In this document: piece after piece, positions 29,008 to 38,900 of the stretch
Position numbering within the stretch: the first letter of the stretch is position 1
How the letters are laid out: the number at the start of each line of letters is the position of its first letter
NCBI GenBank assembly: GCA_963756875.1
Contig: CAVWPA010000003.1
Location: 512,001-576,000 of the forward strand
Direction of reading: 5' to 3'
From: an uncultured Verrucomicrobiae bacterium
Lineage (GTDB): Bacteria; Verrucomicrobiota; Verrucomicrobiia; Chthoniobacterales; UBA10450
DNA length: 64,000 bases
Program-made: the position numbers and the translations under genes
The notes under the pieces: model-generated
Database searches by the model: none
What the model was told of the DNA's origin: nothing
The model's input: the letters and a program-made list of their open reading frames with translations, nothing else

Positions 29008-29867
29008 AAATCCGGGGCAGCTCTGCGAATCATCGATGGCGCAAAATAAAGAGCGCCGGGGCGTCCGCCTTGTCTTTTGTCGCTGCTGTCCTGGTCGTTG
29101 CGCCATTGGGCCTGGTCTTCTTCCATTTGCTAAAGAGCGGCGCCAGTTCGGTGAACTGGGCCTTCTTTACGCAACTGCCAAAACCGGTAGGAGCAGTTGG
29201 TGGAGGAATGGCCAATGCCATCATGGGATCGTTCGAGCTTCTCGGTCTGGCCGCTCTGGTGGGGGTTCCGATCGGAGTGCTGGGAGGCGTTTACCTCGCC
29301 GAATACGGTTCGGCGCGCGCCAACTCCATGCTGCGCTTCCTCGCGGACGTGCTCAACGGCGTTCCCTCGATCATTTGGGGCGTCGTGGTGTACGGGTTGG
29401 TCGTGCTTCGCTTCAAAAGCTTCTCGGCTTACGCCGGTGGTCTGGCGCTTGGCTTTATGATGGTTCCTTTGGTCATGCGCACGACGGAAGAAGTCATCCT
29501 TCTTGTTCCGAACGGTTATCGCGAGGCCTCTCTCGCGCTCGGAATCAGCCGGTGGAAAACCATTGCTTTCATTGTGATGAAGACCGCCTCGAAAGGAATT
29601 GTCACCGGCATCCTGCTCGCACTCGCACGTGTCGCGGGTGAAACAGCGCCCCTTCTTTTCACCGCTTTCGGAAATCACTTTTGGAACCGTAACTTAAGCG
29701 AGCCGATCGCAGCGCTCCCGCTGCAAATCTTTAGCTATGCCATCTCGCCCTACGATGACTGGCACCGCCAGGCGTGGGCGGGTGCGCTCGTGCTGGTAGT
29801 GGCAATTTTTGTCATCAACGTGGTGGTCCGTTTTCTGACTCGCGGCCGGACAGCTCGTGTTCTATAA
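29004..29867 (+). CDS. pstA: Phosphate ABC transporter permease
   Basis: GGMANAI, GVPSII, REASLALG, ARVAGETAPL, AWAGAL. Confidence 0.96.
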   Translation: MKIRGSSANHRWRKIKSAGASALSFVAAVLVVAPLGLVFFHLLKSGASSVNWAFFTQLPKPVGAVGGGMANAIMGSFELLGLAALVGVPIGVLGGVYLAEYGSARANSMLRFLADVLNGVPSIIWGVVVYGLVVLRFKSFSAYAGGLALGFMMVPLVMRTTEEVILLVPNGYREASLALGISRWKTIAFIVMKTASKGIVTGILLALARVAGETAPLLFTAFGNHFWNRNLSEPIAALPLQIFSYAISPYDDWHRQAWAGALVLVVAIFVINVVVRFLTRGRTARVL

Positions 29868-29885
29868 AGAATAGGGAATTATCGC

Positions 29886-30728
29886 ATGCTTGAGACTATG
29901 CCTCTGCAGGAATCAATTGCTGATGAGCGCGTGAAATCTGAAGCGATACCGGAAGAGTCGCCGCCTCCGCCGGCGCTTGAGTTTGCGGTGAGGAACCTGT
30001 CCCTTTGGTACGGCGAAAAGAAGGCGATCTCAAACGTCACCATTGATATTCCTGCGAAGACGATCACCTCCATTATCGGCCCCAGCGGCTGCGGGAAATC
30101 CACGTTTTTGCGCTGTTTGAACCGAATGCATGAGCTGGTGCCCAGCGCGCGCATCGAGGGGGAAGTGCTTTTTCACGGCGAAAATCTTTATGCGCCCAAC
30201 ACCGACCCGGCCGTAATTCGTCGTCAAATCGGAATGGTTTTTCAAAAATCAAATCCCTTCCCGACCATGTCGATCGCGGAGAACGTCACTGTCGGACTCC
30301 GATTGAATGGGGTCCGCAATCGCCGGTTGCTTCACGAGCGGCTCGAAAAATCGCTGCGCATGGCCGCTCTTTGGGACGAGGTAAAGGACGATTTGCATAA
30401 ACCCGGGATCAGCCTGTCGGGCGGTCAGCAGCAACGGCTTTGTATCGCGCGGGCCATCGCAGTGGAACCGGACGTACTTTTAATGGATGAACCGGCCTCG
30501 GCGCTCGATCCGATCGCGACCGCGAAGATCGAAGAGTTGATTCACGAACTCAGCACCAAGTATACGGTGGTCATCGTGACGCACAACATGCAGCAGGCGG
30601 GACGTTGTTCGGATTATACCGCATTCTTTTATCTCGGCCGGCTCATTGAGTTTGGATCGACCGGCAAAATTTTCACAAATCCGAGCGAACGGCAGACAGA
30701 GGATTATATTACAGGGCGATTTGGTTGA
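29886..30728 (+). CDS. pstB: Phosphate ABC transporter ATP-binding protein
   Basis: [42 protein letters not shown]. Confidence 0.97.
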   Translation: MLETMPLQESIADERVKSEAIPEESPPPPALEFAVRNLSLWYGEKKAISNVTIDIPAKTITSIIGPSGCGKSTFLRCLNRMHELVPSARIEGEVLFHGENLYAPNTDPAVIRRQIGMVFQKSNPFPTMSIAENVTVGLRLNGVRNRRLLHERLEKSLRMAALWDEVKDDLHKPGISLSGGQQQRLCIARAIAVEPDVLLMDEPASALDPIATAKIEELIHELSTKYTVVIVTHNMQQAGRCSDYTAFFYLGRLIEFGSTGKIFTNPSERQTEDYITGRFG

Positions 30729-30778
30729 TAATCACAGGGCGGGTTTTCCGCTCTCAGGATAAAGGTGAAAGAACGACG

Positions 30779-31462
30779 ATGATCGCTCAAAAACACATTC
30801 TTGGATCGTTTGACGAAGCGCTCGCTTCGCTGCGCAACAACGTGCTGATGATGGCGGGGTTGGCCGAGCGGAGTCTGGAACGCGCGGTCAAAGGATTGCT
30901 CGAGCGGGACGACGATCTGTGTGCGAACGCCATTGCCGACGACGAAGAGATCGACCAGCTGGAAAAGCAGGTGGACAAGGACGGCGTGGACATTCTGCTC
31001 CGTTTTCAACCGGTGGCTTCCGATCTGCGGCGCGTCGTTTCCGCGATGAAGCTCTCTCCCAATATCGAGCGCGTAGCCGATCAGGCCACAAACATCGCCC
31101 GCCGGGCGCGCAAGCTGAACCGGCATCCGCCCCTCCCGGAAATAGAATTGATTGTGCCTCTCCGCGACCGCGCCATGTCGATGTTCAGGGACAGTGTGGA
31201 TGCCTATGTGCGGGAAGACGCGGAACTGGGCCGCGCCGTGGTTCAACGCGATGCGGAACTGGACGAATTGAATCGCAAGGCAGGCCGTCAACTGATCCAG
31301 CGAATGGCCGAGGAGCCGGACCAGCTTCGCGGCTATTTGAATTTGATGTTTATCGCGCGACATCTCGAACGGGTAGGCGACCACGCCACCAACATTGCAG
31401 AGGACGCCGTTTACGCCGCCGCTGCCGAAGACATTCGCCATCAGCCTGTTGCGGGGACCTGA
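30779..31462 (+). CDS. phoU: Phosphate signalling complex protein PhoU
   Basis: QPVASDLR, IERVADQA, LERVGDHATNIAE. Confidence 0.95.
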   Translation: MIAQKHILGSFDEALASLRNNVLMMAGLAERSLERAVKGLLERDDDLCANAIADDEEIDQLEKQVDKDGVDILLRFQPVASDLRRVVSAMKLSPNIERVADQATNIARRARKLNRHPPLPEIELIVPLRDRAMSMFRDSVDAYVREDAELGRAVVQRDAELDELNRKAGRQLIQRMAEEPDQLRGYLNLMFIARHLERVGDHATNIAEDAVYAAAAEDIRHQPVAGT

Positions 31463-31554
31463 CGGCGCCGCTTGCCGGCTGCCGGAAGTCCGGCGAGAGT
31501 AATTTTTAGATTCGGGGGCAACGGCGCCTTCCGAGCGCTTTTATTTTGACCCAA

Positions 31555-33780
31555 ATGCAGCAAGCGACCGCGAAAGCAGGAGCGGAAGAGTCCGCGGAAA
31601 ACGGACAACCACTGCCCCCCGAAGCCGATGCGAAAAGAGAGCTTTCCGATCCCCGAAATTTCATCAACCGCGAGTTAAGCTGGCTCGAATTCAATCGCCG
31701 CGTTCTCGAGGAAGCGCAGGACCCGACCCAGCCACTCATCGAGCGAGTCAAATTCCTCACCATTTTCAGCTCGAACCTCGACGAGTTCTTCGAGATCCGA
31801 GTCGCCGGAATCAAACAACAGATCGAAAGCGAAACGAGCGACGTCGGGCCGGATGGGATGAGCCCGACGGAGACGTTCAATAACATTCGCCGTGTCGCCA
31901 GTGAGCTGGTCGCGACCCAGTATGCGCTTTGGAACAACGAGCTGCTGCCGCAACTGGCGAAAAATGGGATCCGCATTCGCGATGTGACAACATTGAGCGC
32001 GAAACGCGCGGCCTGGGCGGCGCGTTATTTCCAGGAGGAAGTTTTCCCCGTGCTTACGCCGCTTGCGGTCGATGCGAGCCATCCGTTTCCGCAGCTGCTG
32101 AACAAGAGTCACAATTTGCTGGTGCGCGCCAAGACGCAACGCGGCGGCGAGCCGTTGCATGCCATCGTCCAGGTGCCGCGCGTCGTGCCCCGATTGATTT
32201 TGCTGCCGCGAGGCAAGGGGGAAGATGAACCCTGGGATTACATCTATCTGGCTTCCCTGATCAAGCAGCATATCGGCGAGCTGTTTCCCGGCTTGATCAT
32301 TGACGACGCGCACGCCTTTCGCGTCACGCGGAACAGCGATCTCTATATCGACGACGAAGAGGCGGAGAATTTATTGCGTACCATCGAGCAGGAACTGCAA
32401 CGCTCCAGCCGGGGCGACGCCGTCCGGCTGGAAGTGGAAGCCGATTGCCCGAAGGATTTTCGCGAGTTGCTCCTCGAGTTTTTCGATCTGACGGATGCCG
32501 ACGTTTATAAGGTCGACGGTCCGCTTTCCATGACCCATCTCACGCCGCTCATTACCAATGACGCGTTCGCGAATCTGAAGGACCGTCCGTTTCAACCGGG
32601 CCGCGACCCGGCACTTCCGCCGCACGCGGACATCTTTGAAGTGCTCCGCCGGCAGGATGTTTTGCTCCATCACCCTTACGACAGCTTCGATCCGGTCGTG
32701 GAGTTCATCGAGGAGGCCGCTCAGGATCCTCAGGTGCTCGCGATTAAGATCACGCTTTATCGGACCAGCGGCGACTCGCCCATCGTCGGGGCGCTGATCG
32801 ACGCAGCGAATGCGGGCAAGCAGGTCACAGCCATCGTGGAATTGCGCGCGCGATTCGACGAAGCGGTGAACATTCAATGGGCGCGCCGTTTGGAGGAAGC
32901 GGGCGCGCACGTCATTTACGGCGTGGTCGGTCTGAAAACGCATTGCAAGGCGCTGCTCATCGTGCGGCGCGACACGGACCGCATCCGGCATTATGTCCAT
33001 CTCGGAACAGGCAATTATCATCCGCGGACCGCGCGCACCTACACCGATTTCAGCCTTTTTACGAGCGAGCCGAAGTTGACCGAAGAAGTCTCGATTGTCT
33101 TCAACACGCTGACTGGACTGGCTGGCTATCCCGGCTTGAAAAAGCTGATGGTCGCGCCGTTCGACCTGAAGCGGCGGCTGATCGGTTTGATCGAACGGGA
33201 ACGCGACCACGCGCTTGCCGGGAAACCAGCCCGCATCATCGCCAAGTTTAATTCGCTGGTGGATCAGGAGATCATCGAGAAACTTTACGAAGCTTCCTGC
33301 GCGGACGTGACCATCGATTTGATCGTGCGCGGCATTTGTTGTCTGCGTCCGAAAATCCCCGATCTAAGCGAAAATATTCATGTTGTCAGCATCGTGGGCC
33401 GTTTTCTCGAGCACAGCCGGATCTATCATTTTGCCAATGATGGGAAGCCCGAAGTTTTCTTGTCGAGCGCGGACTGGATGCCGCGGAACTTTTTGCGACG
33501 GGTAGAGGTGGCATTTCCGATCGAGACTCCTGCTCTTCGCGATCAAATCATCAACGAAGTGCTGCCGAGATTTCTGAACGATCGAGTGAAAGCGCGGGAG
33601 TTGCAGCCGGACGGAAGTTATCGCCGGCTGAAGCCTGAAGGCCAGGAGCCGCGCGCCCAGGCGCAATGGCATTTCAGGGAGCGTTCGCGAGAGCGGGCGA
33701 AAAAGCTGCGCCGTCCGAAAACGCCGCCGCGAGCTGATAAGTTGATCCCCATCACCGTTGTGCCGCCGAAACAATCGTGA
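31555..33780 (+). CDS. ppk1: Polyphosphate kinase 1
   Basis: INRELSWLEFNRRVL, SNLDEFFEIRVAG, HHPYDSF, KTHCK, GTGNY, GRFLEHSR, SADWMPRN. Confidence 0.97.
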   Translation: MQQATAKAGAEESAENGQPLPPEADAKRELSDPRNFINRELSWLEFNRRVLEEAQDPTQPLIERVKFLTIFSSNLDEFFEIRVAGIKQQIESETSDVGPDGMSPTETFNNIRRVASELVATQYALWNNELLPQLAKNGIRIRDVTTLSAKRAAWAARYFQEEVFPVLTPLAVDASHPFPQLLNKSHNLLVRAKTQRGGEPLHAIVQVPRVVPRLILLPRGKGEDEPWDYIYLASLIKQHIGELFPGLIIDDAHAFRVTRNSDLYIDDEEAENLLRTIEQELQRSSRGDAVRLEVEADCPKDFRELLLEFFDLTDADVYKVDGPLSMTHLTPLITNDAFANLKDRPFQPGRDPALPPHADIFEVLRRQDVLLHHPYDSFDPVVEFIEEAAQDPQVLAIKITLYRTSGDSPIVGALIDAANAGKQVTAIVELRARFDEAVNIQWARRLEEAGAHVIYGVVGLKTHCKALLIVRRDTDRIRHYVHLGTGNYHPRTARTYTDFSLFTSEPKLTEEVSIVFNTLTGLAGYPGLKKLMVAPFDLKRRLIGLIERERDHALAGKPARIIAKFNSLVDQEIIEKLYEASCADVTIDLIVRGICCLRPKIPDLSENIHVVSIVGRFLEHSRIYHFANDGKPEVFLSSADWMPRNFLRRVEVAFPIETPALRDQIINEVLPRFLNDRVKARELQPDGSYRRLKPEGQEPRAQAQWHFRERSRERAKKLRRPKTPPRADKLIPITVVPPKQS

Positions 33781-34466
33781 AGAAAAAGATTCTGGTGATC
33801 GATGTTGGCGGCAGCAACGTCAAGCTGATGATCTCCCGCGCCCGGAAACGAAAGTTCAAGTCCGGACCAAAAATGACGCCGCGGGAAATGGTTTCCCAAA
33901 TCAAATCAACCGTCGACGGTTGGAAATACAACGCAATTTCCATCGGGTTTCCGGCGCCTGTGCGTGACGGGCGCATCGCAGACGAACCGAAGCACCTTGG
34001 GAAAGGCTGGGTCGGATTCAATTTCGAAAGGGCTCTGAGGAAACCGGTACGTCTCATCAACGATGCAGCCATGCAGGCACTCGGCAGTTATCGCGGCGGC
34101 CGCATGCTTTTTCTAGGGCTTGGCACCGGCCTCGGCTCTACGCTGATCTGGAATAAAAACGTGCTACAACTCGAGCTGGGCGACCTGCCTTACTACAAGG
34201 GCGAAATCATCGAGAAATACCTCGGCAAATCCGGGCGGACCCAGCTTGGCCAGAAAGATTGGCGGCGGAGGGTGGCTTATACCGTCACACAGCTGAAAAA
34301 ATCGCTTATTGCCGATTACGTTGTGCTCGGCGGCGGCAACGCTAAAAAACTGGATTCGCTTCCACGCGGCGCCGAGCGCGGTCACAATCGCAATGCGTTT
34401 TTGGGCGGGACGCGGTTGTGGCAAAACGAACCCCGGACCGGCCGGCCGAAATGGCAGATCATGTAG
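33777..34466 (+). CDS. ROK-family sugar kinase (polyphosphate glucokinase-like), copy 1
   Basis: VIDVGGS, IGFP, NDAAMQA, LGLGTGLG, ELGDL, VLGGGN; coupled to ppk1. Confidence 0.8.
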   Translation: MKKKILVIDVGGSNVKLMISRARKRKFKSGPKMTPREMVSQIKSTVDGWKYNAISIGFPAPVRDGRIADEPKHLGKGWVGFNFERALRKPVRLINDAAMQALGSYRGGRMLFLGLGTGLGSTLIWNKNVLQLELGDLPYYKGEIIEKYLGKSGRTQLGQKDWRRRVAYTVTQLKKSLIADYVVLGGGNAKKLDSLPRGAERGHNRNAFLGGTRLWQNEPRTGRPKWQIM

Positions 34467-34482
34467 CGCTGAAAGCGCCAGA

Positions 34483-34573
34483 TGTTAAAAGAGTTGAAAA
34501 CTTACATGGTTACAACGTGGCGCCGCCGAGTTAGTGCCGTTTTAACCTTGTAACCCTTTTAACGTTTGTAACT
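34483..34573. repeat. Short-period GTTAAA/GTTACA array followed by its inverse
   Basis: TGTTAAAAGAGTTGAAAACTTACATGGTTACA ... TTTTAACCTTGTAACCCTTTTAACGTTTGTAAC; related copy at 48072-48169. Confidence 0.7.
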
Positions 34574-34582
34574 TCTCAAGTA

Positions 34583-35044
34583 GTGCGTCTTTATTTCCTC
34601 AGGCACGGCGACGCCGATTGGCCCGACTGGGACAAACCGGACGATCAACGGCCGCTGACTAAACGCGGTAAAAAGGAAATGCACGCGATCGGCAAGTTTC
34701 TGTCGAAGCTCCAGGTTCGGCCCGATCTCATTTTGACCAGCCCGCTCCCGCGCGCATCGCAAACCGCCGAGATCGCTGCCGAACATTTGGAAATGAAATG
34801 CCGCGAAGAAAAATTGCTCGCTCCCGGGTTTGGCAAAAGAGAACTCGAGCGTTTGCTCGAAAAGTATCCGGAAGAAAGTTTAATGCTGGTTGGTCATGAG
34901 CCGGACTTCAGTGGCGCGATCGCTGGACTGACCGGCGCGTCGCTCAAACTTTCCAAAGCCGGCCTGGCGTTGGTGGATGTCGATCTGCCATTTGGGAAGG
35001 GCCGGCTCCTCTGGCTTTTCCCGCCCAAGGTCATGAAGAAGTGA
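34583..35044 (+). CDS. sixA: Phosphohistidine phosphatase SixA
   Basis: LRHG, RPLT.RG, TSPLPRA.QT, LVGHEP. Confidence 0.88.
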   Translation: MRLYFLRHGDADWPDWDKPDDQRPLTKRGKKEMHAIGKFLSKLQVRPDLILTSPLPRASQTAEIAAEHLEMKCREEKLLAPGFGKRELERLLEKYPEESLMLVGHEPDFSGAIAGLTGASLKLSKAGLALVDVDLPFGKGRLLWLFPPKVMKK

Positions 35045-35050
35045 GCTGCT

Positions 35051-35968
35051 CTATTTTTCGGCCGGCGGGCGCTTTTTCTTTTTCGACTTCCAATCTTTGA
35101 TGAAAATCGAGATGCGTTTGGCAAACGCTTTCGGCGGCTCGGCGTAAAATCGTCTGCCGAGTTCGGTCGCATCGCGCTGCAGTTTTTGACTCCGTTTGCG
35201 GACCAGCCTGTCTAGTGCGGCGCGCTCATCTTGAAGCGTGGGATCCGTCGCCTCTTGATCGAATCGCGCAACAAGAAATGCGAGATCATGGTCGAGGCCC
35301 AGCAGCTCTCCCAGAGCTTTGGCGTCATTCGCGATTTTCTCCAAAACGACCCGGTTGAGTGGCCGAAGCAGGCGAAGTTGATACCATAATTCTTTCACTT
35401 TTTTTCGCCATTTGTGAAAATTTTCCGGGCTCGGTTTTTCCACTACCTTTGCCAGGGCCGCGCGCCCGCGTCTGTAGGATTTGGCGACAGATCCGCAAAC
35501 TTGTTTCCAGGTCAAATCGTCGAGCTGCCAGCTCGAGAGACGTTTTCCGACAGCTTCCAGCCGCGGCACGACTTGTTTTTGCCAATCGTCGAACGCCGCG
35601 GAAAAGCTTTCCCGTTCCATCGACAATAATTCCTCCAGTTTGGGAAATGGATTATGAGCCGGATCGTGCGCGACCTTAAGCTGAGTGAGTGTTTGCAGAC
35701 GAACGTGCGCATCGCGCAGATCCGAGAGGAGTTTCCCGACGTGGCTGATACAACGGTCCTCTCGTTCGTATCGCTCCTTTCCCTTGCCGTCCGACGTCAG
35801 GCGAAGCGCAGCTCTAAGTTTCTTCAGATGTTTGCGCGTCTCATGGACGGTTTCGCCGCGCTGCTTCGCCGGACGGCGCCCCAATTGAAGGGCCGATTGG
35901 ATCTCTTCACGAAATATTCGTTTCAAGCCTTGTGACGGGGACTCCTGCGACTTGAATCGGTAGCTCAT
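35051..35968 (-). CDS. CHAD domain protein (polyphosphate-binding)
   Basis: VHETRKHLKKLRA, RDAHV, FHKWRKKVKELWY, LGELLGLDHD. Confidence 0.9.
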   Translation of the reverse strand: MSYRFKSQESPSQGLKRIFREEIQSALQLGRRPAKQRGETVHETRKHLKKLRAALRLTSDGKGKERYEREDRCISHVGKLLSDLRDAHVRLQTLTQLKVAHDPAHNPFPKLEELLSMERESFSAAFDDWQKQVVPRLEAVGKRLSSWQLDDLTWKQVCGSVAKSYRRGRAALAKVVEKPSPENFHKWRKKVKELWYQLRLLRPLNRVVLEKIANDAKALGELLGLDHDLAFLVARFDQEATDPTLQDERAALDRLVRKRSQKLQRDATELGRRFYAEPPKAFAKRISIFIKDWKSKKKKRPPAEK

Positions 35969-35984
35969 CGCTCGAGCAGGATTG

Positions 35985-36458
35985 CTACTCGGTCGCCAGT
36001 CTCACATTGCTGTAGCGCTTTTCGCCCGTGACCTCGCGGCCGAACCAGGTGGGCGGCTTGAATTTCCGGCAGGCGGACTGAGTCGGGAATTCCACTTCTG
36101 CGACGACGAGCCCGGCGTGGGCCCCCCGGTAGGAGTCGATTTCGATGGTCAGGCTTTTCCACGGGATTTCGTGGCGCAGTTTTCGGAGTCTTCGCCCGAC
36201 CGTGGCCGGCCAAAGTGCGGCGAATTGTTTCGGACTAAGTTCGATCTCGCGTTCTTCGCGCGAACTGCCGCGGCCGACCTTGAAGGTAAGAGTGGCTCGC
36301 TTCCCTTTCTTGCGAAGGCGCACATGTCTTCCTCCTGCCTCGTTTGCCAGATAGCCCTGGGCAATCGGAAAACTACGGAAGTGGTTGAGCCCCGGCGGCA
36401 ATTCTTTGACGAGAAACTTACGCTCGATTTCGCGGCCGTTTTTTACCGTGGCGTTCAT
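35985..36458 (-). CDS. CYTH domain protein (triphosphate tunnel metalloenzyme)
   Basis: EIERKFLV, QGYL, VRLR, LTFK, EIDSY, VAEVEF, EVTG...YSN. Confidence 0.92.
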   Translation of the reverse strand: MNATVKNGREIERKFLVKELPPGLNHFRSFPIAQGYLANEAGGRHVRLRKKGKRATLTFKVGRGSSREEREIELSPKQFAALWPATVGRRLRKLRHEIPWKSLTIEIDSYRGAHAGLVVAEVEFPTQSACRKFKPPTWFGREVTGEKRYSNVRLATE

Positions 36459-36622
36459 CTCGTCGTGAAATTAAATCCTAGAGGCGATTAATTCCGCGGT
36501 CGAGCCTTTCGAGCATTACCATAATATCGGCGGATTGAACAAACGAGTCATTGCTCTGCAGACGCTTCCCTCCGGGAAAGGCGACGCTGAGGTGATCAAC
36601 GCACGCGGCCGGCCGCGGCCCG

Positions 36623-36653
36623 ACCCGCCTTCGCCACGCTTCGGCGCGGCAAG
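36623..36653 (+). repeat. 31-bp dispersed element, copy 1
   Basis: ACCCGCCTTCGCCACGCTTCGGCGCGGCAAG; copies at 42577 and 57778. Confidence 0.75.
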
Positions 36654-36702
36654 CAGAGCGAGGTGGCTATGGCTGAATTTGTGTGCAAGCGAATGGCCCG
36701 CT

Positions 36703-36933
36703 TCAACCGGCGGCGCCGCGTTGGAGCAATGTGCTCAATGCACCGGCGGCGACGAAAATCGGCCAGGCGGAAAGGGCGACGATAAGGGCGAAGAAAATTA
36801 GTTCGATGGCAAACTCCCAATTCCTTTCGCGCGCGAAATAGTCTCGGGTTAACTTGCGGAACGATCGGCGCACTGCGGGCGCTTCCTGTGGTGTCCGTCT
36901 GGTTACCGTTTTTCTCACTTTGATGATGCTCAT
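36703..36933 (-). CDS. Small single-pass membrane protein (76 aa)
   Basis: MSIIKVRK... basic N-terminus, DYFARE, hydrophobic FAIELIFFALIVALSAWPIFVAAGAL; preceded by Pho-box-like repeats. Confidence 0.6.
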   Translation of the reverse strand: MSIIKVRKTVTRRTPQEAPAVRRSFRKLTRDYFARERNWEFAIELIFFALIVALSAWPIFVAAGALSTLLQRGAAG

Positions 36934-36982
36934 AACTGAGCGTTGGATAATCCGATGAGCGGGAGGTGTCAGGTTACGAATT

Positions 36983-37011
36983 GTGAAGATCGCGTGACAA
37001 ACCGGTGACAC
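36983..37011 (-). promoter_or_regulatory. Pho-box-like direct repeats
   Basis: Minus strand TGTCAC-CGGTT-TGTCAC-GCGAT-CTTCAC, 11-bp period. Confidence 0.6.
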
Positions 37012-37122
37012 CCTGAAGCTCCTTAATTCTGACTCATTTTGTAGCGGGGGCGCGGTCAGCGGCTTGGGCTGCGGGTTGTTGGCTTGCGCTCGGGAGAGCG
37101 GCGTAGTTTGATCGGTCCGTAA

Positions 37123-37575
37123 ATGGTCGCTGAAACTCCCGATAAATCCCGAGGCGCGGATGTGATCGTCCATGGTAATGCAAAGGATTTCCGGCAGGAG
37201 ATTCAGGCAGGCCCGCACCGGCTGGTCGCGGACGAACCGGTAGCGGACGGCGGCGGCGCCAAGGGGCCGTCTCCCTACGGCCTTTTGCTGGCTGCCCTGG
37301 GATCGTGCACATCGATGACCATCGGATTGTATGCGCGGCGAAAAGGCTGGCCGCTCGAAGAGATCACTGTTTCGCTCCGGCACTCAAAAATCTACGCCAT
37401 GGATTGCGCGGAATGCGAGACGAAGGAAGGCAAGATCGACCGGATCGAGCGGGACATTCATCTGACCGGATCGTTGACTGACGAACAGCGCGCCAGGTTG
37501 ATGCAGATCGCAGATATGTGCCCTGTTCACCGGACTCTGACATCCGAGATCAACATTAAGACCCGCGCGGTTTAA
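37123..37575 (+). CDS. OsmC/YhfA family protein
   Basis: ADEP, GPSPYGLLLAALGSCTSMT, IADMCPVHRTL. Confidence 0.9.
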   Translation: MVAETPDKSRGADVIVHGNAKDFRQEIQAGPHRLVADEPVADGGGAKGPSPYGLLLAALGSCTSMTIGLYARRKGWPLEEITVSLRHSKIYAMDCAECETKEGKIDRIERDIHLTGSLTDEQRARLMQIADMCPVHRTLTSEINIKTRAV

Positions 37576-37602
37576 GGTCCCATCGTGGATGGGAGTTCCA
37601 TG

Positions 37603-37654
37603 GGTAGGGTCAGCGCTCTGCGCTGACCGGACGGCGCAGCGCGCCGTCCCTACC
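37603..37654. repeat. GTAG-type REP doublet between convergent genes
   Basis: GGTAGGGTCAGCGCTCTGCGCTGACC-GGACGGCGCAGCGCGCCGTCCCTACC. Confidence 0.75.
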
Positions 37655-37675
37655 AGATCGGGATCACGTCCGCGA

Positions 37676-38863
37676 TCAGCGTTCGTGCAGGGCGATGCTT
37701 GAGCCGACCCATGTTTTGCCCTTGTTGAAATCGACGCCCATCATTTTGCCCTGGCTCATCCGGGCGAGATTATTTACGAGAACGGGTTCGCCATTGGCCG
37801 GCCAGAGGAACATCATTCGCAACTCCGCTTTCGATTTGGAACCGTCCGGTGTCGGCACAAACGGCACATAATCGATCTTCCTTTGCAAAATCCATTCGTG
37901 CGGAGTTTTTAACGCAGAGATTTTTTCATGCGCCGGTTCCATGTCGACTCCGATTCCAGCGAAGGAGTAGAGCGGTTTTAAAACATAATCGGCGATGTTC
38001 TCGCCGGCCGGAAATTCATCGGCGAAGAATGCGGGCGCAGTGTGTTCGGTTTTGATGAAAGGCAACGAATGTTTGCTGATCCGGTAATACCAGTTGGGAT
38101 GCGTCACCCAGGTGACATCGAGATCGTCCTGGAAACGGAACGGCAGCTCAAGATCGGCGCGCCGCGCCAACTCGTCGAAAATGACCCGATTATAGATGCG
38201 TTCGATTCGCACATCGCGTCCGTCGCGCTCGTAGAATAGTTGCCGCCCCCGCTTTTTCACTTTCGTCAGGCAAACCGTCCGCACGCCGAGCAGCGACTCC
38301 GTGCAGGCAAAATCGGTCCGCGTTTTCTGTTTCTCCGGCTCGATCTCCAGCAGGACCACGTTCTCCGGTTTGGCGTCGGCCACAATGGTCCGCCGCAGCA
38401 ACTCGATGTAAGCCTCGTCCGTGATTCCGCCAAATGACGATGTCCAGTTCGGCGGAATGGCCGGATATGCTTTGCGCATGCAACCAAGCGAGAGAAATTG
38501 AAATCCGAACAAGCTCGGGAAAGCCTGCAACTCGATCAGTCGCGGGACCAGTCGACCGCCCTCCTCGCAAATGCCGAGGTCGACGAGCAAAAATTCCGGA
38601 TGCGCCGACTCGCCAGGCACTTCCGAGCCGGCTGGGATCGCCGACGCGGCGTGCTTCGCGAACGCCGCGGTTTGTGTTTGCGCCGCGATCTTGTTCGCGG
38701 CGTAAACGGCTTCATCCGTGAATTCGCGGGTCAGGAAAATTGGCGTTTCCGAAACGGAGAAGTCGGCCGGCCATCGTGTGCTCTCATTCACGCAACGCAG
38801 GAACGACGCGTACTTCTCCACTGTGAAATCGGCGTTAAATCGATCGCGAAGTTGGGGATGCAT
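37676..38863 (-). CDS. Putative circularly permuted ATP-grasp / GspS-like amidoligase
   Basis: VDLG...PRLIELQAFPS, RIYNRVIFDE, HPNWYYRISK, YVLKPLYSFAG, ILQRKI, ELRMM. Confidence 0.65.
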   Translation of the reverse strand: MHPQLRDRFNADFTVEKYASFLRCVNESTRWPADFSVSETPIFLTREFTDEAVYAANKIAAQTQTAAFAKHAASAIPAGSEVPGESAHPEFLLVDLGICEEGGRLVPRLIELQAFPSLFGFQFLSLGCMRKAYPAIPPNWTSSFGGITDEAYIELLRRTIVADAKPENVVLLEIEPEKQKTRTDFACTESLLGVRTVCLTKVKKRGRQLFYERDGRDVRIERIYNRVIFDELARRADLELPFRFQDDLDVTWVTHPNWYYRISKHSLPFIKTEHTAPAFFADEFPAGENIADYVLKPLYSFAGIGVDMEPAHEKISALKTPHEWILQRKIDYVPFVPTPDGSKSKAELRMMFLWPANGEPVLVNNLARMSQGKMMGVDFNKGKTWVGSSIALHER

Positions 38864-38900
38864 TCCGGGCGGGGACGGATCTCCGAGCCGTCCAGCTTAT

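Noticed and set aside
30708..30746. Short direct repeat at the pstB end (ATTACAGGGCG / ATCACAGGGCG) as an attachment site
   Set aside because: Only ~11 bp, the copies are adjacent, and there is no intervening element.
34483..34573. Short repeat arrays as CRISPR
   Set aside because: Units are 7-9 nt and inverted, with no 23-50-nt direct repeats separated by unique spacers and no cas genes.
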